This document shows positions 51,120-59,710 of a DNA stretch of 64,000 nt, piece by piece (position 1 is the first letter of the stretch; each line of letters begins with the position of its first letter). This DNA comes from an uncultured delta proteobacterium (GTDB lineage: Bacteria > Desulfobacterota > Binatia > UBA9968). Position numbers and translations under genes: made by a program. The stretch spans positions 1,376,001 to 1,440,000 of the forward strand of contig CAVUZH010000003.1 of assembly GCA_963745835.1 (NCBI GenBank). Direction: 5' to 3'. The notes under the pieces are model-generated. The model saw nothing but the letters and a program-made list of their open reading frames with translations, was not told the DNA's origin and did no database searches.

Positions 51120-52083
51120 CGGATTACTTTATCTGCTCTCGCCAGCACATTCGGCGGTATCGTCACGCCGATCTGCTTTGCCGTCTTTAAGTTGATCACT
51201 ATCTCGAACTTCGTCGGTTGTTCCACTGGCATTTCGCTCGGTTTAGCGCCTCTTAGAATCTTGTCTACGTAGACAGCAGCGCGTCTAAAGAGCGCCGGAT
51301 CATCAGCTGAATACGAGATGAGCCCTCCCGCCTCTACGCGAGCGGCCACTTCATGCATAGTCGGCAGTCGGTTTTTGATGGCAAATTGTAGGATCTGCTT
51401 CGTGAAAGGGTTCAGTGTGCGACTTGCAACCGGCATAAGCCCGTTCACTCGTGCTCTCACAGCAGCTCGAAATGCGCCCTCCAGATCGGGTTTAGAACCG
51501 TTTACCTCGATGGATTCGAGCGAAATCTTCAGCAAGCGTGCCGCAGTCTAATAGTCTCGGAAACTCGATGACCCGCGGACCGCAATGATTCCTAAATGTG
51601 ACAGGCTCGGAACCGCCTCCTTGAAAATTCCAGTCGTTTTCCACTTAACTCATGGGTAAGTCTGGCGAGTCCCGTGATATTTCCGCCTGGGCGTGCGAAA
51701 CTATCGATTATGCCTTTCTCCACCGGATCAAAAGAAGCCACCATAACTATGGGGATCGTTTTCGTTGCTTTCTTGGCTTCAACGATTGCTCCTGCACTCG
51801 AACTAACCAGCACATCGACATTAAGTTTTATGAGTTCCTCGACGAAGCCCGAGACTCGATCCGGATTTGTCCCGGGATAGCGATATTCAACGTGGATGTT
51901 TTCTCCTTCGATGTAGCCTAAATCTCGGAGCCCGCGCCGGAAGGACTCGACGAACACGCCGGGATTATTGATGCTGCCACTGCTCGCCGCATATCCAACT
52001 CGTGGTATTCTCGCTTGCTGCTCGGCGTTGAGAAGAGAAACATTGGTCAGAAAAAGGAACCAGAAAACAATCTTGCTAATCAT
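51116..52083 (-). pseudogene. ABC_sub_bind protein, member 2 (frameshift at ~51626 plus in-frame TAG at 51548-51550)
   Basis: ORFs 51592..52083 and 51116..51535; the nonsense codon suggests real decay. Confidence 0.8.
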
Positions 52084-52135
52084 TGCTTCCGTTCCATTTA
52101 AGCTGGTCAGTACTTACCATTACGCTGCTCGACCA

Positions 52136-52231
52136 TTATTTGATCACCTTATCCGCACGTCGCCAGCACATTCGGCGGAATCGCCGTACGATTTTAGATT
52201 TTGGATTTTCGATTTTGGATTGTTCGATCAT
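52136..52231 (-). repeat. 92-bp gene-less unit plus stub
   Basis: Translates as MIEQSKIENPKSKIVRRFRRMCWRRADKVIK*; near-identical to 33602-33696. Confidence 0.9.
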
Positions 52232-53209
52232 CGGATTACTTTGTCAGCTCTACCCAAAACATTGGGCGGAATGGCTACGCCGATCTGCTTGGCCGCTTTC
52301 AGATTAATCAGTAGTTCGAATCTCATGGGAAGTTCCACGGGTAAGTCTGCAGGCTTGGCTCCTTTAATAATCTTGTCGACATAAATTCCCGCACGACGGT
52401 AGAGGTCGCCGTAATTAACCCCATAGCCCATCAGCCCGCCGTCTTCGATAAACTGCCCCGTTTGATACATCGCCGGCAACCGAAGATTTGGTGGCGAGAT
52501 CGACGATTCGTTTTGAATTCAACGTCATCAGCGCGCCCCCCGGTATAACTAGAGCGTCCGGCTGAAGTTGCTTTAAGACGTTCGCGGCGCCCTCGATATC
52601 TCCTGTGCTTCTGACCTCGTGAGGCCGGAGCTGTAGCCCAAGAGCCTTGGCGCCCTTTTTTGCTCCGTCGAGAACCTGCGCTGCAAGCTGGCCAGCTTCG
52701 GGATTCCACAGCATCGCGACCATGGTGATTTTCGGGAACGCCTCCTTGAGCAGATCCAAACGCTTACCCATCATTTCAGGGCCAGCGCTGCTTGATAGTC
52801 CGGTAACGTTTCCGCCTGGGTATGCCAGGCTCTTGACCAAGCCGGTGGCAACAGGATCAAATCCGATGCCTACGATAGGCGTTCGGCTATTTGCCTGAAG
52901 AACAGCGCGAGTGGCGGCAGGCGTAGTTGTAAGAATAACATCAAGATTGAGCGCGACGAGTTCCGTCGCAAGCATCGCCAGTCTGTCCGAACTCCGCTCG
53001 GCATAGCGGTACTCGATAGAAATGTTCTTGCCGTCAACGTAGCCTAAATCTCGCAATCCCTGGTGAAATGATTCCAGATGAGGTTGATCCCTCGACCCGA
53101 AGAACAGAAATCCCAAGCGAGGAATCTTCGCCGGATGCTGCGCCTGGGCCACCTCCCCCCAGGCCGTCAATGTCAGAACGACTGCAAGGAGGCCGACAAT
53201 GTGTTTCAT
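52228..53209 (-). pseudogene. ABC_sub_bind protein, member 1 (+1 frameshift at ~52486; may be a sequencing error)
   Basis: ORFs 52415..53209 and 52228..52479; AGGAGG RBS. Confidence 0.75.
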
Positions 53210-53774
53210 GCCCCTCCTATTTTAGATTTTCGATTTTAGATTGCCGATGGGACGGAAAACTTCCATTTCGCTTCTGATGAGTCTTATACAAGTTCAATGA
53301 ACCGTAATGCCACTAGTTTAGTGCGTTGTTTGAATAAGATTTCGTCCGGCGTGTTCCCGATCTAAACTCGGCAATCGAAAAATTGAAAATTGCTTGATCA
53401 TGGCCATTGCCCCTACCGCAACGGATATGCCACAAAACAAACTCTATGAAAATAATAATTTAGGAACCGCCGAAGTGGTGAGAGGTGGCCGTTTGACTAC
53501 AGGGGAGTATCAGATTTGCTGCGCTACAAGGATCACATCCTCGAGACTGCCTGTCGAGACTGCCTGTGGTCCGATGGAGTGCTCCAACCTTATGAAACAC
53601 GGTCGCGAGATGGCCATGGTCTTAGTCGATCACGCAGCTTGCCTACAGGGCACTCTCACTCCTCACAAAACCCCCTCATAGAATTAAGGCCAGCCGTCGG
53701 GAAACGTTTCTGATGCCGCGGTAAAATCTTGAGGTATCTAGTTATGTGCCGTGCGCCGGCGACGTTGTTGCCTT

Positions 53775-54371
53775 TCATTTCCTGGGGCGTTGGCACCACC
53801 CCAGAGCTTCTTCCAACCGATCATTTCCCCAGAACAATTCCTCGTCGGCAATGAAGCTAGGTGCCCCGAAGATGCCGAGATCCACTGCTCGGTCGGTCTG
53901 TGCCCTAAGCATGATCTTTGTCTCGGCGGAACCAACGGCCTCGAGGACAGTGTCTGTATTCTGATTCACCGAACTCAAGCAGGCGGCGATCACGCGGCGG
54001 TCGGCAATGTCTTGATCTTCGGCGAAGTTAGCGTGATAGATCGCTCGAACAAAAGCGGGCGTCCACGCTTCACTTGAGAAACGGCAGGCGATTCGCGCGG
54101 CCACTAACCCGTTGCGCGGGAACTGCGATGGACGGCGGAATGGCAGGCGTTGCGCTTCGCAGATGCGCTCCAGATCGCGCCACATGTAACGCCCCTTTAC
54201 CGGGTACAAGTTGAATGGCGAGTCGTTCCACCCCTGCGCCCGGAACATTCGGCTGAGCAAAAAAGCGTTCCACGACAGCGGCACGCCGCGCTCCCGCGCG
54301 AGTTGTTCGATTCGCATCGCAGTGGGATATGAGTACGTGCTCGCAAAATCGAACCAGAAGGAAAGTGTCAT
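53775..54371 (-). CDS. 2-hydroxychromene-2-carboxylate isomerase / DsbA (GST-kappa) family protein
   Basis: FWFDFASTYSY, KGRYMWRDLER, GIFGAPSF, LFWGNDRL. Confidence 0.9.
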   Translation of the reverse strand: MTLSFWFDFASTYSYPTAMRIEQLARERGVPLSWNAFLLSRMFRAQGWNDSPFNLYPVKGRYMWRDLERICEAQRLPFRRPSQFPRNGLVAARIACRFSSEAWTPAFVRAIYHANFAEDQDIADRRVIAACLSSVNQNTDTVLEAVGSAETKIMLRAQTDRAVDLGIFGAPSFIADEELFWGNDRLEEALGWCQRPRK

Positions 54372-54487
54372 GCCTGTACCATGAGCCTAAGCTTTGGCTA
54401 CTCTTGAACACCGACGCCCAGTGAGGGTATTCAGTGGTTAGTTTTAGATGATGTGAGATCGCATTCTGATCCGACCTCCGATCACGA

Positions 54488-55240
54488 TCATCGTGCACCG
54501 GCCTGCCGCAGCAGCTTCACCATTGCTTCATATCCGCGCGCGCGTGCGAGCGAGAGCGGCGTTTGCCCGTTTCGATCCGCCAAGTTCACCTTTGCTCCCG
54601 CCTCAAGCAATACTCTCAAGGTCTCGGTGTGACGTGAACCGCCGTCGCCAAGCACAATCGATTCGATTAGCGCCGTCCAACCAAGATTATTGATGTGGTC
54701 CAACGGCGCACCGGCGCGGATGAGTGTCCGTACGACGTCCGCATGCCCCAGATGCGCCGCAGCGATCAAAGCGGTGCCGTCGTAGCGGCTGGTGATATTC
54801 TTTGCGCTCGCCCCTAGTGCGAGCGCCACTTTCAACGTTGGAACATCATTGGCAACAGAGGCAATAGTGACAATGTCGTATCGATCGTTTTCCAATACGT
54901 TTGGGTTTGCGCCCGCGCCGACGAGTACGCGCATGGCTTGATGCTTGCCGTCATAAGCCGCGACGTGCAACGGAGTACGACCATGGGCATCCCGAACGTC
55001 TGGTTCCTCGCCTTTAGCTATCAGGGCCTTTATTTGCGTCGAGTCACCTCGCACGGCAGCGGCCAGAAGTCCGGTGTAGCTAGATTTTTCTGCTGCCGAC
55101 GGCGGCACCTGCGCGTGCAGCGCGCAGGTACAACAGGCAATGAGCAAGAGGCTGAGGCTACTGCTATGGCTCAGGAGCAAATAAACTCCTATGATCGTGA
55201 GCACGAGTGTGGCCACGTGAAACCAGCCGTCCCAGGTCAT
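54488..55240 (-). CDS. Ankyrin repeat protein (N-terminus is a DUF2243 remnant)
   Basis: GRTPLHVAA, GTALIAAAHLGH, GWTALIE, GQTPL repeats. Confidence 0.88.
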   Translation of the reverse strand: MTWDGWFHVATLVLTIIGVYLLLSHSSSLSLLLIACCTCALHAQVPPSAAEKSSYTGLLAAAVRGDSTQIKALIAKGEEPDVRDAHGRTPLHVAAYDGKHQAMRVLVGAGANPNVLENDRYDIVTIASVANDVPTLKVALALGASAKNITSRYDGTALIAAAHLGHADVVRTLIRAGAPLDHINNLGWTALIESIVLGDGGSRHTETLRVLLEAGAKVNLADRNGQTPLSLARARGYEAMVKLLRQAGAR

Positions 55241-55362
55241 GTTTATGTCATCGTCTCCATCGTATCGACGGTATCTTGGCCGAACCCGTGTTATGCCATT
55301 AGCGCAATCTGGTGTAGCGCAATTCCATCTACGAAACCACCAATGCCAAGCCCCAACACTGC
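55170..55362 (-). pseudogene. DUF2243 membrane protein remnant
   Basis: VLGLGIGGFVDGIALHQIA/WHN...MTWDGWFH spread across frames. Confidence 0.7.
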
Positions 55363-55801
55363 GCTGATTGAGCGGGTTGTTTGCATCCGAGTGGCTGATC
55401 GATATTGCAACCGGCTAAGACCATTGCCGCCTTGTGCCTTGCGCTGCCGTTTTTTTCGTATGACGATTCGCGCCTAAGCCCCTGCAGATACTGCTCCCCA
55501 TAGAAACGATCGCAACGCGTTTTCGGCCAGCCGCTTGTCAAAGCGAGTTTTGCAGTTGCGAGATTCTACCGCAAGCGACTATCTCCGCGGCCATCACCCG
55601 TCGTTGCTGAAACGATAAAGGACCAGGCAACTTGATTATCCTTGCCGGTCCGCAGAAAAAATCATATTTTGGCCCAATCTAAATTTTTGTCGCTTGCACG
55701 TATCGATGAAGACCGCCCGCGAGTGGAGCTGATACATTCAACACCGACAGCAAAAATCCAGGTTAGATTGATGGCTCACTAACCAAGAAAGAGGGACAAC
55801 G

Positions 55802-56881
55802 ATGAAACCGAAGAAGACAGCTAGGTTTGTGCTTTTCGTTGCAATTGTTAGCGCCGTCTGGGTGAATCTTACTTTTTCAGCCGAGACGCCTTTCTATCGG
55901 GGCAAAACGTTGACCGTCCTAATCAATTTCGCCTCCGGCGGGCCAACCGACATCGAAGGAAGACTGGTGGCGCGCTTCTTGGGAAAACACGTCCCAGGCC
56001 AGCCGACGATCGTGGTTCAGAACATGCCCGGAGCGGGCGGCGTCACCGGCACCAATTACCTCGGCGAGATTGCCAAACCGGACGGATTGATGCTCGGATA
56101 TTTCACCTCGCAGTTTTTCAATATCTTGACTGCCGATCCCAACCTGCGAGTCGATCTGGCAAAGTTCGCATACATCGCAAGTATCGAGGGTGTCGCCGTG
56201 GCGTATGCACGTAAGGATTTCCCGCCCGGCATTCAGGAAGCCAAAGACATCATCAAAGCCAAGGGTTTAAAGGCGGGTGGCTTGAGTCTCAACAGCGCCA
56301 AGGATGTCCGTTTCCGCCTGCAGCTCGATATATTAGGTGTTCCTCACCAATACGTTACCGGATACAACTCAAACTCGGATGCGCGCTTGGCGGTGGAGCG
56401 AAACGAGATTCAATTCTTTACCGAAGGGACGCCGGGCTATCGCTCGCAGGTCCAACCCCGGATGGTGAAAGAGGGCCTCGTCATCCCGCTGTATGCGGAC
56501 GAGCTTGTGACCGTGGATGGGGAATTCCGCCCTAGCGCTGAGGTGCCCGACATACCTTCTTTCTCGCAACTCCATCAACAGATATTCGGCAAGCTCGGTT
56601 CGGGCGTGTTGTGGGAGGCCCTGAAAACCATCAATCTTACACACGCAATGCAGCGCATCGCCAAGGTTGCTCCGAACACGCCGCCGGAAGCGGTTGCGGC
56701 GCTGCGACAGGGATTTTCCCAAATGCTCAAGGATCAGGAATTCATCCAGGAATTCAAAAGAGTCACTCGTTCCGATCCGCACTTCCAAGTCGGCGGTGAA
56801 GCGGACAAGTTGATAAGCAAGCTGGTTCAAGCGCCGCCGGAGGTCAAGAATACAATTCGAAAATACACCGAGAGCAAGTGA
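55802..56881 (+). CDS. Bug/TctC family substrate-binding protein (divergent clade)
   Basis: INFASGGPTDIEGR, QNMPGAGG, AKPDGL, VTGY. Confidence 0.88.
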   Translation: MKPKKTARFVLFVAIVSAVWVNLTFSAETPFYRGKTLTVLINFASGGPTDIEGRLVARFLGKHVPGQPTIVVQNMPGAGGVTGTNYLGEIAKPDGLMLGYFTSQFFNILTADPNLRVDLAKFAYIASIEGVAVAYARKDFPPGIQEAKDIIKAKGLKAGGLSLNSAKDVRFRLQLDILGVPHQYVTGYNSNSDARLAVERNEIQFFTEGTPGYRSQVQPRMVKEGLVIPLYADELVTVDGEFRPSAEVPDIPSFSQLHQQIFGKLGSGVLWEALKTINLTHAMQRIAKVAPNTPPEAVAALRQGFSQMLKDQEFIQEFKRVTRSDPHFQVGGEADKLISKLVQAPPEVKNTIRKYTESK

Positions 56882-57202
56882 TTTGAGAACGTTCTGTAGA
56901 GCTGGCTTACTCGGCCCCGGGTAAAGTAGTTGTCTGTCGCATCCAATCACGTTCGCTGATCCAGAGCTTGCATTCACCGCCTTGGCAAAGCCGTTCGTAT
57001 TCTCACGTCAGCGTAGGCATTGCCTCGGCTCTCTCACTCACGATTTGACGGAAGCTGACAGGCAATGGTCATCGAGCGCCATTGGTGAAGCGTCCCCGGC
57101 TGTCACCTGCAATGCACGAGTTTAGATTCAATCACCGCAAGTCCCGGCGGAGAATCGCAATCTCCTCACCATGGTATACCCATATAGATCGCGCTTGCTC
57201 TA

Positions 57203-57514
57203 TCAGCTGTACTTCTTAGCGGCCGCCTCGATGGCGCCACCGGCCCTGGCGAGATCATCGGGTATCATCACAGGATGGATCTCGATACTCGCATTCAACG
57301 CCAGGAACCACGGCTCGGCAATAGCGGGGATCTGTGAAGCGTCGTTCATCTCAACGAAAAGAAACGCTGTCCGTTGGCCATTGTCGTCAGTGAAATACAC
57401 CGCCTCGGGCTTCAAATCCGCCAGTATGGATTGGATGGTTGCGCCGAGTTTGCCGGCTCTTGCGGCCTGATTGCCAGCTTCGACTGGAATGTTTACCTTG
57501 ACTAAAAATCGCAT
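57203..57514 (-). CDS. Small conserved protein (DUF3303-like)
   Basis: MRFLVKV.IPVEAGN...LKPEAVYF...GQRTAF...IPAIAEPWF..LNA.IE.HPVM..DDL; AAGGAG RBS. Confidence 0.75.
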   Translation of the reverse strand: MRFLVKVNIPVEAGNQAARAGKLGATIQSILADLKPEAVYFTDDNGQRTAFLFVEMNDASQIPAIAEPWFLALNASIEIHPVMIPDDLARAGGAIEAAAKKYS

Positions 57515-57556
57515 AGATCATCTCCTTCGAATCAACAGGTTTAAAACGAATGGTCG

Positions 57557-58312
57557 CTAATTTAGAAATCTTTGGAGCGTCGCCTGTAAATCGGGGGCAT
57601 CGGATCCTCTGAGCGTGTATGGGTGTATGCGGTGTTTTGCGATGGCGCGGAAATAGCGCTCGACTTGTTGATCTTGAGAGATCAGCAAAACGTTGCGTCC
57701 AAGCGTATGCGCTATTCCGAGTTCAAGCACGACGTTGGCATTTAATCCGGTGAGATCAACCACGACATGGGTGGCACGGCAAATTTCATCCCAGATCGAA
57801 CGCAGAATGTCCGGAGCCAAGACTCCATCGCCGCGGATATATTCAATCTGCGAACCGCACGCATCTCCGACCAGGCGCCTCGTGCTGTTCGCCCATGTCG
57901 GGCCAAAGGCGGTCACGTGAAAGCAACGTCTATTAGACGCGTCTGGATACTGACCCGGCCAGGCCGGCAGCAGGATCTGCAAAGCTTCGGCGCCGAGAAA
58001 GCCGCATGTCGAGGTGATGAGATATCGCGCTTTGATCGGATCGGCCGTGGCCTCGTCATCCAGCGTCTCAAGGGACATGCGCACGTGAGCACTCGGGTGC
58101 CCGGCAAATCGATCACGCAAATACTTTACCGACGACTTCACCGAGCTGCCGGCGGCGCCTCTCTGCAACCCGTACAGCGCCCGGTCGAAGGCGGCAGACA
58201 TCATTGCAACATCGCTATCATCGTTCTTAAGACACACGGGTTCGATGTCGAGATCGAACGGCAAGCTCTTGACCATCGATTGCGACCACGACTGCGGCGC
58301 GTCCGAGCGCAA
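57557..58312 (-). CDS. NDT/TIR-like (nucleoside 2-deoxyribosyltransferase-like) domain; probably the C-terminal part of a frameshifted 57557..59691 gene
   Basis: IWDEICRATHVVVDLTGLNANVVLELGIAHTLGRNVLLI; joins the upstream ORF at GQE/LPFDLD (~58265). Confidence 0.7.
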   Translation of the reverse strand: MRSDAPQSWSQSMVKSLPFDLDIEPVCLKNDDSDVAMMSAAFDRALYGLQRGAAGSSVKSSVKYLRDRFAGHPSAHVRMSLETLDDEATADPIKARYLITSTCGFLGAEALQILLPAWPGQYPDASNRRCFHVTAFGPTWANSTRRLVGDACGSQIEYIRGDGVLAPDILRSIWDEICRATHVVVDLTGLNANVVLELGIAHTLGRNVLLISQDQQVERYFRAIAKHRIHPYTLRGSDAPDLQATLQRFLN

Positions 58313-59075
58313 GAGCGATGCCCAGCTCGTAGGCTACTGCCGCAATCGGGCTGGCTTCTTCCAGAGAGGCGGCACGTTTGTAGCCAGTAAAATCAAAAAC
58401 TGCCACGGCTGATTCGCGCAATTGATCCCAACGCAGCGATGCTGGTTCTCGATCGGCTTGCGGCACAAGACAGCGGAGCTCGCGGCTGGCGCAAACCTGC
58501 GCGACCAAGGCGCCGACATGCGAACCGCCGGAATAGAACAAAGCATTGCCATGTTGCCCGACCGCTCGCGAAGGCCACACGGGTTGGGCGAGGGTCAGAT
58601 GATGGCGCAAGGAAAAGTTTCGAATCTCTAACGCCAGCGGCCGCAATACTTCGGTTTCTACTTTCACCGAGTCTGCGCTGGCGGGTAGATTTGCGAGAGC
58701 CTCGCGACTACCCCTGAGCCGTCCCATCAAAGCCATCAAGGCTTTGCCTTCTTCGCCGGTCAAGAGCCCCGCCGCCGTCTCGGTCATGACATAGCGATGG
58801 AGATTCGCGTGCAGTTCACTAAGGGCCGCCCGGCTCGAGCCGGCTACAGGTTCTTCCACTGGTTGTGCTCTACTCGGATGCAGAAGCGCTTCGGACATTT
58901 GCGAAAGCAACTGCTGGACGCGGGTCGCTCTGATCTGTTTGTCGGCGAGCCCCGGCGCCGGGCTGCCAAGGATCTCCTCGAGCTCTGCGAGAATCGCGGT
59001 CAAGAAAGTTTGGCGCTCCGAACCAATTTGGCCGCTGGCAATGAAACCCTGGTACATCTGACGGAGAACGCCCAT
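58227..59075 (-). CDS. Helical region plus first NDT-like domain; middle part of the frameshifted gene
   Basis: RWDQLRESAVAVFDFTG...AAVAYELGIALALGRAAVVVA. Confidence 0.65.
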   Translation of the reverse strand: MGVLRQMYQGFIASGQIGSERQTFLTAILAELEEILGSPAPGLADKQIRATRVQQLLSQMSEALLHPSRAQPVEEPVAGSSRAALSELHANLHRYVMTETAAGLLTGEEGKALMALMGRLRGSREALANLPASADSVKVETEVLRPLALEIRNFSLRHHLTLAQPVWPSRAVGQHGNALFYSGGSHVGALVAQVCASRELRCLVPQADREPASLRWDQLRESAVAVFDFTGYKRAASLEEASPIAAVAYELGIALALGRAAVVVAIDGQELAVRSRHRTRVS

Positions 59076-59097
59076 CTGCTGCCGCCAGTCGGAGGTG

Positions 59098-59691
59098 TCA
59101 TCGTCCGGACCGGATACTGGTAGTCACGTCAGGTTCGGAACTTCCGGCGCGTCGTTCGGCCCTGGCGAGCAGTTCTTCGATAGCTCGGTCATCGGATATA
59201 AGCTCCTCGAGCTCTTTCCGCGCCCCATCACCGTTGGTTGAAGAGACTTCGTCTTGATCAATATTCTGATCGGCAAAGTAAGAGGCGCACAATCCACAGC
59301 GGCCGCAGCTATGCAATGGCGCGCGATAACGCTCGCTATACTCCCAGATTCCCCATTGATGTTCGATGCGGTTTTCGTCGCCCCACTCAGCGCAACGCTG
59401 ACAGCGTTTGCTCTGATCGCAAAAACCATCCTGTCGATACGCCCAGGCATCCCAGTTATGTTCAATACGCTTTTCCGACTCAGCGCAGCGGCTGCAACTG
59501 CGCAACAGCTCGCAAGATTGCGCGGCGGCGTGATTCCAATCGGACCAACTGTGCTCTACTCGTTGATTGACAGTAGCGCAGCGCTCGCAAGTTTGAATCA
59601 AGACGCAGCGCGCCGGGAATTCGGGCCGCCAATCTCCCTGATGAAAACCGAGCAGGCACTTTCCGGTATCGAGCCAATCCTTCACTGCCAT
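59098..59691 (-). CDS. Cys/His repeat (putative Zn-binding) protein, four H-x-W...C-x5-CxRC-type units; likely N-terminal part of the NDT gene
   Basis: Start MAVKDWLDTGKCLLGFH; one indel near 59115 would fuse it to the 59075 frame. Confidence 0.7.
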   Translation of the reverse strand: MAVKDWLDTGKCLLGFHQGDWRPEFPARCVLIQTCERCATVNQRVEHSWSDWNHAAAQSCELLRSCSRCAESEKRIEHNWDAWAYRQDGFCDQSKRCQRCAEWGDENRIEHQWGIWEYSERYRAPLHSCGRCGLCASYFADQNIDQDEVSSTNGDGARKELEELISDDRAIEELLARAERRAGSSEPDVTTSIRSGR

Positions 59692-59710
59692 AAGTTTGCC
59701 GCAGTCGAAT

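Larger units (their letters stand above)
29484..53400 (-). mobile_element. Putative cassette array of ABC_sub_bind paralogues with cargo genes
   Basis: 21 co-oriented paralogues, orphan 3'-end stubs, ~91-bp gene-less units, hicBA and nuclease cargo. Mobility is inferred; no recombinase seen. Confidence 0.55.

Noticed and set aside
29466-52898. Recurrent + strand ORFs reading [12 protein letters not shown] or MFPPGRARL
   Set aside because: Antisense translations of conserved SBP motifs.
29484-53400. Classical integron (attC/IntI)
   Set aside because: No tyrosine recombinase in the window and no consistent RYYYAAC...GTTRRRY palindromes at junctions; only the layout is integron-like.
29484-53400. 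CRISPR array or diversity-generating retroelement
   Set aside because: The repeats are degenerate coding tails about 1 kb apart; no cas genes, no reverse transcriptase and no adenine-specific template/variable pair seen.
53541-53566. 13-bp tandem duplication TCGAGACTGCCTG x2
   Set aside because: Single local duplication with no linked feature; the overlapping ORFs are unconvincing.
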